Positions 14,355 through 27,661 of a stretch of 64,000 nucleotides of DNA are shown one piece after another (the first letter of the stretch is position 1; each line of letters starts with the position of its first letter). Origin of the DNA: Balanoglossus misakiensis (taxonomy: Eukaryota > Animalia > Hemichordata). The notes beneath the pieces are model-generated. The model made no database searches. It saw only the letters and a list, made by a program, of their open reading frames with translations, and was not told where the DNA came from. The stretch lies in NCBI GenBank assembly GCA_040954595.2, contig CM082581.2, positions 8,355,413 through 8,419,412 on the forward strand. The letters are read 5' to 3'. Position numbers and translations under genes: made by a program.

Positions 14355-17300
14355 ATACCACATCACCACGATTTGCGGTGTTCAATCATCAGTAATTTAC
14401 TGAAGTTTGACAAAGTTCAAACTGTGTTGTTACGATCATGCCGCCCTTGAAGGATCTGTTAGGATCATTTCATCACATTCCAACCAAATTGTTACAATGG
14501 CTCTGGCATTTCGGGATGAATTCATGTCCAAGGTTCTTAGACCCCCCCCCCCCCCCCCCACAACCTCCACCATCTGGTCAAGTGACACAAATGTAATTAT
14601 ATCAAGAGTCTTGTAGAAGGTCTCTTTGAGGTTCCGCAGCGATTAGATTTTTGGGTTTGTAGCACTGTGTGTTATAAATGTGCTTTAAGCTGCTCGAGAC
14701 AGTGCACCTTCGCATTGCATAGCTAAAGAATCGCCGAAAAAGACTAATTTCCTGTGAATTTGCAGCAAACATGACGAGACTTACATTTTAAGTTTCAAAG
14801 AAACAATTAGAAGATTAAAAAACGGAATGTATACATGTACCAGGTAAAAGTAAGGATTAGATAAAAAACAGGGCCAGCAAATCACGTTGCAGAAACAGTC
14901 AGATGAAGGCACTTGTTTAACCAGCTACAGGGCATGGACAGCAAAGCAGTGGCAATCATTTCCCACGGAGTGTGGCTTCCTGTAGAGAAGGCGATAGTTG
15001 AAGCTGATCATTGGCCAAACGGCAGGGAAGTAGCGAACGCATAATTCACATGTTAGTTTTACGGTCACTGGCATTTAGAATTAAAGTTGTTCACTTAAAA
15101 GCGCTGATTTAAATTAATGACTTGGGCGTGTTGCCATTATCCGATGACAAGAGCACACACATCTGTAGTTTACTCGATAATATCTCGTGCCATTTACTGT
15201 ATCGCTGCAGTTTTTTTGTTTATTTTCTCACCAGAAATGCCTGTGGAGATTTATTCGTAGTTGGTGCAAATGAAATCCGAAGGTTGAGTATTTAGCTTTA
15301 ACCGAACAACCACACAAAAAGTGCAGCAGACACTAATGTTTTCATGCCAGATTTCTAGAACCAATATGTGCACGATCGCGCCACACGACGACGACGATAA
15401 TGATGATGATTTCAATGCCGTTTTATGTAAACGAAGCAAATCAGATAAGAAGAGCCAAAATTCACTGGTTCTCCGCATCACGTTAAGTCACCGTATTTAA
15501 AGTTAAATCTGGGCGTGCATAGTTTGCAAAGTATCGTTGCCTCGTCTCCGAGGCGCTTCAGGATTTAATTTGTCAACAGAGTCACGTACGCCGACCATAA
15601 AACCAGACATACTATCACAACATTACATGTCTTCCTTAAAGCCATTTCGATTGTACGCTTAATTAGGAATATATCTCTGTGCGATATATTACTTCATTGA
15701 GTCGTATTCAGGTTTCAAAGCGTGTCGAATCTTCGCAAAATGAAAAAGGTTTTACAAACGACAGCATTTGTAATGTCTGATTAGATTGTATAGCTACAGT
15801 TCACAACATTTCAATATTCTTGTAATAAATATACTATTTGTGGGATATTTTATTTTTGTGTTAATGCTGATTGACTCGCATTTCCTTAGTTGAAATGAAC
15901 ACAGGTAAACGGCGTTATTGAATGCATTTCTGAAAGCCTTGTCTGACTTTTTCCTGGTCATTATTTCATCAAAGCTCCGGTTATCTGTTCAGTTGTATCC
16001 GTATTTACCGCTAATTTACTTGCTGAAGTAAGATTGTTTTAGTATTTACATTTGGCGTGTGGAACCAAATCAGTTTGGAGCGATAAAATCTGGTCATTAT
16101 TAGTGGTCAATTAGCTACCTATCAACAGACTAATAAACTAATCTATAAATAAGCAAGATTGTGCTGTTATTATCAAAGCAAACAGTGGGATGAAGAGGCC
16201 AGATGCATATCATTCATGTATGACGATCTCTTCGGGCGCCTTGCTGACTTCACATAGCGTACTGTATTAACTTTGATTGGTACTTCGGTTTTATCCTATC
16301 GAGAATAAAAAATAATTCCCTGTGTTCCGTTATGCCAAGTTGACCGACCTGTCTGATTTGGCTATTTACCTCATCTGTGGAAACTATATATTTACATTTA
16401 GCTTATTATTTCCCCACTGGCAATATAAACCTATATTTCTTCCAATCTTCTCGCCTAACCTCTGATAAGTTCACAGATTTTAGAATTATCTGTGACAGAC
16501 CGTTCTTTTCACATGAAAGGTATACAGAATCTCTGAAATGCAGTGTGGTACATTTCACCGAGCTGAGTGAACGACTATGTATTGGCACTTTCGTCTTTTC
16601 CTGTATCATACAATACAATACAATACAATAATACAACTTAATTTTCTCCTACGAAAAAGGTAAATGGGGAAAATCTGATTTATCACTGTTTAAATGGGTA
16701 TTTCACAACTTCACAACGCGTTAAATAATCATATGTTGTGCATCTTCTTATCAGGCGCTGAATTCCTTTCTGCAAATATGACACCTGCTATACGAGTATG
16801 TTATACGACACGGCCGGACAGCCGGTGCTATTTACAAGTCTGTTACACTATATCACCTCAATACCGTACCGTCCCTCAAGTGACACGAGTTTATCTGTCC
16901 AATACTTACGAACACTTAATTAACCCGAGTAAAAAAATGGAAAAGATTTAAATAGGGACATTCCTCTGACAACTGCGAGATGTTAATGTCTATATAGGCA
17001 AACAAGACGTGATCGCGCAGGGGGATTTTTATTGTTGCTCTGCCTGTATGTCATTTGCGTCAAGAGACATGGGGGTCAATTGAGGAAATCCTCGCCCGTA
17101 AAATATTTACAGCATAAATACACTATTTCGCCCTCAACCAACACGTTGACAACTCGCAATATAATTTATCGTCCTATCGCGCCGTTCATTCTAATTCTCA
17201 AGAAACGTCCCCTCTTCTACGTACATCACACGGTCCATCTTTCTCGTCGTCGACAAATATTATCAGTTTTATACTGGTTGCAATTGCGAAAAGGCAAGGG

Positions 17301-17712
17301 GAAATGATGCTGTATTTTGTGTGTTTGGTATGACTACGTGCATGTGAAATGGTCCGCTGGATGTAATTTTTAGTGGATGGGGCAGTTTAATGGCGGAGCG
17401 TGTGTCTCCAGGAATGCTGATGATCTGCATTGCATCATTACAAGCCACGCTTGGCTTGGCTTTGCAGCCTCTTGCGTGTGCAGGTTTTCACCTGGTGGCC
17501 GCGCAACGCACCTCAAAAGGCGTTTAGCATATAAATTGTCGCTCACACGTCAAGCTGCAGGGATGGCGGGGCACGACACGGTACCCGGATTGAAACAAAT
17601 CTGGATAAGTGGAAATGAAATAAAGTGGAACGGTATAATACGCCTTACCTCGGGTGGAATACGCAATCACCAGGGCGGTCTGTAGTAATAACCCACACCA
17701 CAAATTGGCCAT
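140..17712 (-). CDS. Nicotinic acetylcholine receptor-like (Cys-loop ligand-gated ion channel) subunit, 5' part; continues past window start
   Basis: Exon 1 17712-17649 has Kozak ACCATGG, signal peptide MANLWCGLLLQTALVIAYSTR and a phase-1 donor G|gtaagg. Exon 2 285-140 (tttacag| ... GTG|gtaggt) gives DSSASQDHVELRHFLFRNHTYDKTVRPVMSQRTTTKLELQLFLAQVLNV. The L..LF...Y...VRPV and L.L.Q...V pattern is the N-terminus of nAChR extracellular domains. Joining exon 1 to exon 2 across 17.4 kb is inferred from phase compatibility. Confidence 0.75.
1369..1549 (-). CDS. Candidate alternative first coding exon of the nAChR-like gene
   Basis: The frame is open from ATG 1549 and ends in hydrophobic VLNFFSVLACLLIVRLVLVTS with donor TCTG|gtaaac (phase 1, compatible with exon 285-140). 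TATA-like cttatataag lies at ~1754-1763. Confidence 0.45.
2208..2295. repeat. (GGT)n microsatellite, about 29 units
   Basis: Directly visible; produces the spurious poly-T and poly-P ORFs. Confidence 0.98.
3835..3890. repeat. Imperfect (ACC/CAT)n microsatellite
   Basis: accactaccaccaccaccaccatcatcaccatcacaaccaccaccaccatcatc. Confidence 0.85.
14265..14352. repeat. (CAT)n microsatellite, about 29 units
   Basis: Directly visible; produces the spurious poly-H and poly-D ORFs. Confidence 0.98.
16607..16637. repeat. (ATACA)n short tandem repeat
   Basis: catacaatacaatacaatacaataatacaa. Confidence 0.8.
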
Positions 17713-19249
17713 GGTCGTCTCGCTCGCTCAACGAAGCTGTACAGACATCGCAGTGGCTTTGCACGAGGTATCCAGCTGTTGTCGGTTTGGTTTGGAGTCC
17801 GCACCGTTGACAATTCAACGTCACCGCTGATACAACGTGGCTGCAGACTTCAACAAGCCGAGGTAGCCTTTTTATACGGGAATTCGGTGTTCACTGCACG
17901 CTTCAAGAGGCTTCTATCGGAATCGAACCTATCTCCTATTTCTGTGCGAACGTGTGATATTGGGAGTCGCTTCTTGAAATATCTGCAACGAAGGTGAAAG
18001 GCGTTTCGCGAGCCACCGCAGACATTGGCAAACATCGAACACCGTCGCCGACAACCGCTAATTTGATGGCTTCCTTTCCTGAAACTCCGTTGTCTTCAAC
18101 CAATAACGCGACAAATGTTTAACTATACGCTCGACTGCTAAACCACCTTATGGCCGCGCTCCCTGGGAATGATATCACAGCGCTGTTGCGACAATGTTTT
18201 CACAGCAGATTCCGGAGTCAAGTAGTTGCGCTGATCGACGGGCGCAATATGTTTGAACCAAGTTATTTATCAACTATCACCACATGGCGACTTGAGTAAG
18301 AGCGACACGCACGCGACACACTTTCAAAGGAGACAGCCTCTGCCGTGCGACTGAACGTGTCATAAACCAATCACGGTTGAGCTCGGGCAGAACAGCTTAA
18401 TTAGCGCAACGTCACCGTTAATGTGAAATCCGAAGCCGAAGGTGCAAGGATGATATCGATCCGAAGTTCATCAGCAAATCACGACGTCGATCGGCGTCAC
18501 GACAACCGCATCGCTGCAGTGTGGCCCTCAACTTTTAACCCGAAGCGGGCGTGTCGGCGTCGTCACAGCTGTGCGCTCGCGTTGCGTACATGTCCACTGC
18601 AGCGCCGTGAAAACTGGGTGGAGTGATGACGTAGCCGACACATCGAGTGATAGGAGTGATAGGACGGCCGCAGCGAGGCGACATTCGTGAATGCAGTGAT
18701 GTATTGTGTTACGTGTTGGGCTCTGAAAGTCACACGACGCTAAGGAGGTCGCCAGGAAAGAATTTTCACGGCTTTCATGATGCATTCCGACGGCCGGTCT
18801 AACACGACATCACTTGTACCCGTGTTTTGTGTTACACGTGTCCCGGAAAGTATATCGAGGAAAACAAGGGTTTTCCGTGACAAAGCTTGCTTTGTTGAAC
18901 AGCTAATCACAAAATAAAAACAGCAAGGTGCTGTAGTTATTGTCAATTTAGACTATAACTGCGTTACATAAAATTAACTGCGTAACAAGTTCGCACTGGT
19001 ATTTCTATTAAAACAGTATAACCACCGAGATATGTGAACTGGATATGCGCACGCGGTTGGACTGTTATGTGTCATCATAATGAATAAATAAGAAATACAG
19101 CGGTGACTGTACTTTCTGGTACCTAACTGCCAACAGATTTTGGTGCAATATGCCTAATATGCCGCCACCGACAAAATTCCCATGAGTCACCGAATCACAC
19201 ATTTGAAACATTAATTACCGAACTCATGAATGGACTGCTGAATTCCTGA

Positions 19250-19400
19250 GTAAATGAATGAATAAGTAAATGAATTAAAGAAGTTAATTGAATGGTTCAA
19301 TCAATCAATCAATTGAAGAAGTTAATTTAAGAAATTAATTGAGTTAATTAATTAAATTTATTTATTTATTTATTCATTTATTTACTTATTTATTTATCTA
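19250..19400. repeat. AT-rich low-complexity tract with (TAAA/TGAA), (TCAA) and (TTTA)n units
   Basis: Visible tetranucleotide runs just downstream of the cyclase gene stop codon. Confidence 0.75.
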
Positions 19401-19472
19401 TATTTTATGTAAGCATTTATCACCCAAAACACTAACGATCTAGATGATTGAGAACTTGCTGATCAGAAGAGG

Positions 19473-21889
19473 TTAGAAATGTACAGAAATATAAATTGTT
19501 GACAGGGCCATCATCATGATAATGCCAGCCACAGGTAGGATTTGCCACCCTTTACTGAGGCCGCAGGGGTTGGGAACATCGGAGCGCCATCCAGTGGCAA
19601 ACATACGAATAGGTGAACCACTGCCTTCTTCTATCTTGAGGGGAATGGCGAAAACAGTGGCGCCTTTCACCGGCAACTGGTCGAGGTTGGCGACGTTTTC
19701 AAAACCTTAAATGGCAAAATGACATAATTTTAGTTTTGCGTTACAAAGGAGACTGGTACGCGCCCCACTGCGCGGAGTTATGCGATAATTCAACATTAGG
19801 GACTGGTCAGTTTCTTCGGCCGGGGCGGGGTGGATTATATTTTGTGGATATCAAAATGTGACCTATCCCCCCTCTCATTGAACATGGAAAAGCCCCTTAT
19901 AGGAAACATTCGAATTGGAAACGTATGCTTTTGCGTGTCGTTTTCAGGTAACATTGTCGGAATAAACGTAAAGACTATACAGATATAGTGTTGTCGCATA
20001 CCAGGTATATTCTGAGCAAATAAAACCCGATGTGCCCTAAAGTCTGTAGACGGGCCATAGTCGATTGATGCGGTGTCGATGCCTACTGCTTTAATCTGTG
20101 GAGAGAAAGACGACAATAATAATATTTATGCAATTCTATGTCATATTTATACAAGGTCCGTGTAATATTCAAAATAAAGATGTTATATTCATACTATTTC
20201 TTTGTGTGTGTTATTATCACTTTGTATGGATTTTCACATTGCGATTCATTAATTCCCATGTGAAAATGATATTCTGAAACAGTTCATCAGTACAATGTAT
20301 AAACATTAAATATTAGTCTGGAGAAAGAAATGTGAAGAAAATATGGAACAAACCTTTCTGTTATCAACCAGCCACTGAGCTGCATCAGGGTCGATTCCGG
20401 GGAAATGGAGCAGTGATGCATCGTCGGTGTCAGTACCCAAGTATGTCAACTGAAAAAGAACAGTGATTGTTTATCTTTGACCTCTGCACCGACGATGTTA
20501 TATGGGACATGGTACACACAGCTTTGACTGGACGAATAATTCTCTTTTCCCCAGTCTGCATGTACTTCTGGACTTGTGGAGTTGTTCAGCCGGTTCGATT
20601 ACATTTGTACTGCAAATGGTCTCTTCTTTTCCGTTTGTTTCATGGGCCTGGTAACTCCCTCACCTTGATTTGCTCGCACCAGGCCGGGTTTTAAGGTCAT
20701 ATTAATGCTTAAATTTATTTGGACCCAGGTCTGTAACCTAAATGATCCTTTCTCAGAGGATATGGTAATTTGCCACTTAAACGTCAAATTTACCATCCTC
20801 CTAAGCTCTGAGCCTCTCGATTGGTCGTGTCGTCTCTGACGTGACGTCAACATAAACGACTTTTCCCTCACAATAGCCCTATTAAAGCGCAAGTATAATC
20901 TGTAGCAGACGAATAGCATTTACCTTGTCCGGGTAGCGGCTTCCCCACCCAGAGTACACCAAGAGGATGACGTCATCTTCGATCCGACCATTTGCCTCCT
21001 CCCAAGCCTCTAAATCGGCAACTTCCAGTAAAGCGTCTCTATCCTGGTCGGCTTTGGCCTTGATGTCGACCTTGATAGCAGGTGCGATCAGGTTGTCCAG
21101 CGGTACGGCGTGTGTTCGCCGCTGACCCTGAAAACAGCACCGATGGCTGCAGTTTAGTGTACAAGTGGGTTGCGGTAGTCTAGTGTACACAGATTATTTT
21201 CCCGTCTTTGATGTTTATCACGTCAGACTTGACAGTCAGTGTTCACTACAGTTTAGTTTAGCATTCCTCGTAGTAAACGCTTGTTTAGTTGCCATTTATT
21301 TGATTGGTAAATGTCACCCTAGAAAATGGCTGATCAACACGGCATCCCTGTGTTTTATAAATGTAAATATTGGTGTGAACATTTGAGCTCGAGTCGAGAA
21401 GATTTCAAGAAAGCAACGACACTTTTCACATGGCGTGTAACTATGCGCCACAATTCAGACATATCTATACTGTCAACTTTAGACTCCCCTGGGCCTTTTC
21501 TGACATTCAAAGTCGCATTTTCAACATGCATGCAATACAACTTCGAATATCTGAAATGGGAGTCGAAAGTTGAAATGATTGTCTGGATTTCGGCGCTGGA
21601 AACGCACAGCCCTGGAGAAACTTGCCTGAACCATGTGAGCCGGGGAATCCATGTGCGTACCGCAGTGCTCAGGCATTCGAAAGGTATTTGTCTCAAAATA
21701 TTGTCCGTCGTCAGAGTGATTTCTAAAGACGACGTCAAAGGAGAAACCATACGCGGCTCCTGGCCAGATCAAGGTGTCCTCGTTCAAATTGTAGGTCATG
21801 TCCAAATACAGTGACTCGGAGGCAGCTACAGGGTTGGAATGACTGCACAAAACACCCAGGATAAGCGTGATCATCACGACTCTGGCCAT
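19473..21889 (-). CDS. Metal-dependent cyclase family protein (KynB kynurenine formamidase / isatin hydrolase-like), secreted or GPI-anchored
   Basis: Exons 21889-21626, 21127-20924, 20449-20354, 20095-20002 and 19705-19473 splice in frame. Motifs EHCGTHMDSPAH (HxGTHxDxPxH), LLVYSGW, HFPG, GIDTASID, ENVANLDQLP and PLKIEEGSGSPIR are present. There is an N-terminal signal peptide (MARVVMITLILGVLCSHS) and a hydrophobic C-terminus. Confidence 0.92.
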
Positions 21890-24478
21890 GGTTCGAATTA
21901 ACGGTACCCTATAATGGAGACAATGGAACGGTCGTGAAAGCATTAGATATAGATATAGATATAGATAGTACCACCGGCCAAGCAAAATACAGTACAAGAA
22001 TGAAAATATTACGGAAACCGCAAATCTGATGCGAAAATAAACGTAATGTTAAAGTAAAGGGACATCAGGTGTAACTTTTGGCGTTAATTTCAGTAATTTT
22101 GTTTTAATGTGTGTACCAAATGCAACTTATTGTTCTACTCCAAACAGCCTGCTTCTACATGTATATACTCAACACTCCGCTTGTCAACATTACGACCGTT
22201 CGAGTGGAAACCTGGGTCATTCATTGTTTTCTATTCATTTTGCTGTTTGCCTGAAGTAGCTTAGGTCACGTATAGTGTTTGCGCGGTTACACGAAGCGAA
22301 ACAAAGATTGGAATTCATCCAGAAAACCGCCCAAAAAGGCGTCAACACATTCCTTATTTGGTTGGTTCGTCTACAGTACCAGTCGCGAATACATGAGAAG
22401 CCAGTCAGAAGGAGAACTCGGCCCGTAATTCTTGCGTTCTCCTGCTGATCGCAGACATTAGGAGAACATTCTCCTTGTATATGTGAGCTGGGCGAGTTCT
22501 CTAGTTACCCCTGCCAGACTATACTATGATCGTGTGGCTGCCTGCCAGTGCTCTCTGCTATACCCCTTTAGTAGGTTAATGGTCTGCCGAGCAAGACTAC
22601 ATGTACACAGCGGTTGGCAGGGACCACATCTGACTTTACTTGGGTGTTCATTGGCTGATCGATTGGCCCTATTTCAAATCCCCGGGACGGTGTGTCAGGA
22701 CTCACCTTCAGTGACAGCAACCGATGTATGTCCGAAGGAGTCTATGCACACAGTACTCGTCAGGCACGGATATTGTCTGTTTTTTATAACCAGAGTTACT
22801 AGCGATATTCAAATTTCAAACATTAGAATAACTTATACAACCAATACCAGAAAGGAAGAATTGGGGCTTTTGTTGGCTCACAATGCAGGCATGAACAAAT
22901 CTCGCCGTAGCCTCACCCAGGTACCCCCGCTGACCTTTGGCGCATTGTGTACAAATATGTATACATTCTTCAGCCCATCTCCGATAATGGACGAGAATAT
23001 TATGGCGTTTCGGCGTTTGAGTTTGAATTAATTTAGTTCACCACCATAAGAGGCAGATATGGCAGCTATATCGGAAGGAAAAGAACTGCAACAGGTGGGG
23101 TTGAGCTGACCTGGTTCATGCCTCCCTGGTAGACATGATAAAGAGCGCCCAATCCGGGCAGTTTCACCTTCTGTAATAGATGCACTGTGGCTGATCGATT
23201 GGCCAAAGACAAAGTACAAACCGTGACGCACGCGCAGACGGGCGACGCGATCACATCTCCCTTTATCACATCCCCGTTAGCTAAGTTTTCTCCCAATAAA
23301 AACATGTATGCGGACTCACTTTCAGTGGCGGCGGCAACGACGTGCGAATATCCTGCGGGATCGAGCCGTGCAGGCAGTATCAGTCCAGACAAGCGACTGC
23401 CACGGTCCAAGTCGGATTATAGCCACGTCGATTGCTGCAAGAGGCTGAGTTGCCAGCGATGATAAAATTTAGATACGGAAATTGGGTTTGCCTGGCCTTT
23501 GTGAATCACCTCTATAAACTGCAAGCACAAAAAACGGCGGCTTTAATGTGAACGTGTTTTTGTTGTCGCCTCACAATGCACAGGTAACAATGGCTTCGTG
23601 TCCCCGCATGACCTGTGGGCGCATTGTTTGTGCGGTCTAAACCAGTCACTCAATATGGTCCAACAGACTTTCTCAAAATAGACGAGAGGAAAAGATCTAA
23701 AAACGTCGCGGGGCAGTGTTAGAAAATAAATTCCGAAAAAATGAATAAAAGACAATAAATCGTGTGTATTACGTCCCAAATCGCGCCCGACTGCAAAGCG
23801 CTGCAGTTTCAAGCTAACTTGATGAGGTGGTCATTGCACAGAAGAAAACAAGTCAGACGTACCAGGGTACAGGGCATTGCATATGCAAATTAGCAAATTT
23901 ATTAACAAGCAACCCCGCACGTGAGCAAATATTTTTAGAAAGTTGCAGATAATCCGGTATAGTTACTCTGCATTCATTGTGATGAATGTTTGTATTGGAT
24001 ATGTAAATATATCGCCCGGTCGGATTCAAGGTCATCTTGGATCAGTTCAGTTCATTCCAGGTCAGTAACTTACAAAGGATTCTGGTCTGACTGTCCTATT
24101 ATCACTGTAAGGGACATGGGTCAGAAACTTTGAAAGGAAGCAGACTCGGTTGTTCTGCCCAACAAGATTATAAACACAACATTTATTCATCTATGGGGTT
24201 TCGTAGCAAGGCAAACGTTTCAGGTCAAACAGTTTCACCCCAGTATAAGCAATTGAAAAGCTGAAATGGAAAAAAAACTTTCATTTTTGACATTATTTTG
24301 GTTTGTTCTTTAGTTATTTAGTGATAGGTTATTAGAAGTAAGTGATATTTTCATTTTAATCATGCACAACTCAAACTATGATATGGGTAGATGAAAGTTC
24401 TTGAGATGTATCACATATACGTACACTAAAACTATTGATGTTGACTGTCTCTCATTCAGCCGTCTTTGAAATCATCAG

Positions 24479-26518
24479 TCAATCTCTGGCCAGTGTCCAT
24501 TCCAAGCTCCGTTCGTACCCCCTCAGAAGATTAACCCGACGTGCGTTAAGCTTCCATTGATACGGCATAACCCGATTGAGCTCGTGGGTGAAATCCCGCA
24601 GTCGCAGTCCGTTGTACTGCATGACGTCCCTGAACTTTGGGATATCCTTACGGCTAGGTGTCTGTCCTGACGCAACATGCCTCTTTATGAAAACAGCCCG
24701 GATGTACTTGATAAACGGTGTCACCATATCGTGATATTCTATGTAAGACGCTTGCGACATGTAATATCCAATGTCTAGTGGGTTTACACCGGTGTCCAGA
24801 ACTATACTGGGCATCTTTGCCACCGAGGTCAGCGACCCAACATCCATTTGAGCGGGCGCGACGGACTGTACTGGGCCAGTCCAATTAAGCAGTTCAGTAA
24901 TGATCACAGAGTGGGGGTTCGACGCATTTAGGAGAGGCTTGAAAAAATCAAGAATGGCAGGAATGCCATAGAAATCAGCCAGGTTAGAGGTCGCAATACG
25001 ATCAAACTTCTTCAAGGCAATCGCTTCACCCACTTTAAAACAATCACCCGGTAGAAAACGAAAGGATACTTGTTTTCCTCGTAGAATGAACTTCTCAATC
25101 ATGCACGCTATGTAGCTGCGATACATTTCTGGCACACAATCTACGTCCTTGTGTGATCTTGCCTGTATATAATCCCAGCCTGTGAATGGAAGTACGTCGG
25201 GTAAACTTGGTAAAATCAACGGTTCGTGACAGAACTGTAGGGCAACAGGGTTTGTTGGCTTCAATACATACGCCAGAACTGCATTTTTGTAGAGTGGGTT
25301 TTTGCATAGCAAGGTTACATTTTGAAACACAGCCTCGTCTTTCTTCGGGTCTTTTGATGACAGGAGGTTTCCATTTCCCCACCATTCTTTAAGTGATCTA
25401 CGATGGCGCTCAGGAACACAGGCAACGTAATTTGACCAGCCCTCTGCAGACGGGGCATCGTGCTTGATGCTTGCATGTCGTTGCGTGTGGATGTGGTTTT
25501 CTGGTCCTCGATTTTGTAGTGACGTCATCCACGCCGCCCAGACCGGTTTTAATTTGAGGAGATCACTGTCGCTGATGACTAGTAGTTCGCCCACAGGATT
25601 TGTAGCTAACATCTTGCTATCACTCGCCATCAGCTCTTTGAGGGCGGTCGCTAAATATTGGTTATGCTCATCGCTAATGCACAGAGAATACCACAACTGG
25701 ACCAGTGCTTCGGATGTTTTCTTCGGCTCTTTCGCAGTGAGCATCATGTACAGGAACAAGAGATTCCTCGCCAAAATGTGGACATCGCAGTCGTTAAGAC
25801 TAAATTCAACCTGGCCTTCAAACTCTTCTGGAAGCGATGCCACTGTAGTGATGACATTTCTGAGGTCGCCGACACCAGCAAGAAGTATTGACAACTTGTC
25901 AGGAGAGTATCCGCCTCCCCATTCGTTCTGTTGCAATTTTAACAGATCAACAGCAGGGGTGTTACCCCAGTAATAGCAGTTGCCAGCAACACAAGGTGGC
26001 AGACGAATTTTCTTTACGCATCTTCTATATAAATCTTCACATATTCCGATAATTTCTTCTTGCTCAGCCACGCACGCCCCCTTGTGGTGTCGCCAGTCTT
26101 TCTTTTGGCAATCCATATCACAGTACCATACTTGCAAACAGCCAGAGCACTGTTTAACTGTCGGTGATTTCTTCTTACAGAAACTGCAGGCGTTAGTTTT
26201 CTTCGCATGCATGCATTCGGTCTGCAAACAAAATGCGTGTAAAATTAAAACTTAGGTCAGTCTAAGACTTGGAAAGAGAAACAAGCCGCACCCTAACGTC
26301 TTGGCTGATGCTCATGGATCAAAAATATCTCGGAAGTAATGGAGGAGAATTATTGCCTGGCGATGCCTTGGCTGAGTGAGATCAATTTTACCAACCTCGT
26401 GTCTAAACGTGTCCTCCTTCAGGCATTTCTTACCACAGTACAGACCAAAATCGCACTCGGGGCATTTCACTTTCCCTTCACGACCACAACGCCAACACGC
26501 ACCAATGGCAGAATCCAT
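24479..26518 (-). CDS. Double MYND-type zinc finger + DUF4470 (Rossmann/methyltransferase-like) protein, copy A
   Basis: Exon 1 26518-26396 (MDSAIGACWRCG..KCPEC..YCGKKC..H, GAG|gttggt). Exon 2 26221-24479 has a second MYND (CSFC..CSGC..YCDMDCQKKDWRHHKGAC) followed by YYWGNTPAVDLL, LLAGVGDLRNV, ILARNLL and FDRIATSNLAD, typical of MYND-DUF4470 proteins. Confidence 0.88.
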
Positions 26519-27023
26519 GGTAGTCTCTCTATAGGCACAATACAGATGAGAATTAGTGTATTTCACACCACCTCACTTGTGATGCGTATATAGATATCTT
26601 CACGACGAATGACGACAAGCAGGAATCGACGGGTCGTTATGTCGCTGATGCGTTTGCAATGTTCGTATGTAAAGCGTCGATGGTCGTCTTGGTGAAAGGA
26701 TCAACAACGTCATAGCGTAGCGAAGAATATGACGGTTATAGTTCACTGGAATTCTGTTCTTACGTTTCTAAATAATATATAACGAAAGAGAAAGTCTGAA
26801 GAACTATAAAGTGTACAATGTATGTCGTGCCGTCTGTAAACCCATTTTTGGCGGGGTTTTTTTCTGTAGTCTAACATTAGACATTGCAAACCCGATTTCG
26901 TGGCCATTAGGCTTATCGTCACAGTACTCTGTACACGAACACTCCGACAATATTACAAAACACAAATCTTTCACTTTATTTTCTTTGAAAACGAGGGTAA
27001 TCTCTTCAACGAATTTGAACAAC

Positions 27024-27031
27024 ACTTCCGG
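27024..27031. promoter_or_regulatory. ETS-type site (ACTTCCGG) in the putative bidirectional promoter of the MYND pair
   Basis: Exact CCGGAAGT core on the minus strand, near the middle of the spacer between the divergent genes. Confidence 0.35.
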
Positions 27032-27661
27032 TGTAACCGCGCCTACATGTAAACGACCTTTTTATAAGTTTGCGGGTTTGTAGAGCGACGTCGAAGAATC
27101 AGATTTTCTTTTCCTTTGGCAGATCCAATCCGTGTTCTGTCTTGTTTAGCTTGGCACAAAGCTGAGGTCGTGAATTGGAAATGGTTTGTTGAAGTGTAAC
27201 TGTGAGGACTTTCCTAAGGTCAGCGCAGTTTCGTGACATTCGCCAATAATAAAATAATCTGCGGGGAGGCATACCGAGGATAAGTTTTTTTAACCGTTCA
27301 CCTCCGACAAAATGGTATAGGCTACACAATTAACGCCTAAAATGAGTTTACAAAACGCAGGACCTAAGCCCTAACCCTTCAAACTTTCTCTTTCGATATA
27401 AGTTATTTGGAAACGCAAGATTACAATTCCAGTGAACTCATACAATCACATTATTCTTTACGCTATGACGTGGTTGAACTTTTCACCAAGACGACCATCA
27501 ACGCTTTACATATACAAACATGGCAAACACTTCAGCGACATAACGACATTCCTGCTAGCCTTCATTCGTCGTGAAGATACATGTATCTATATACGCATCA
27601 CAAGTGAGGTGGTGTGAAATACACTAATTCTCACGTGTATTGTGCCTATAGAGAGACTACC

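Noticed and set aside
14182-14450. Poly-Asp and poly-His ORFs
   Set aside because: They are translations of the (CAT)n microsatellite.
22483-23462. ORFs of 182, 114 and 91 aa as a possible transposase or small gene
   Set aside because: No DDE, RT or other recognisable motif; they start at non-ATG codons.
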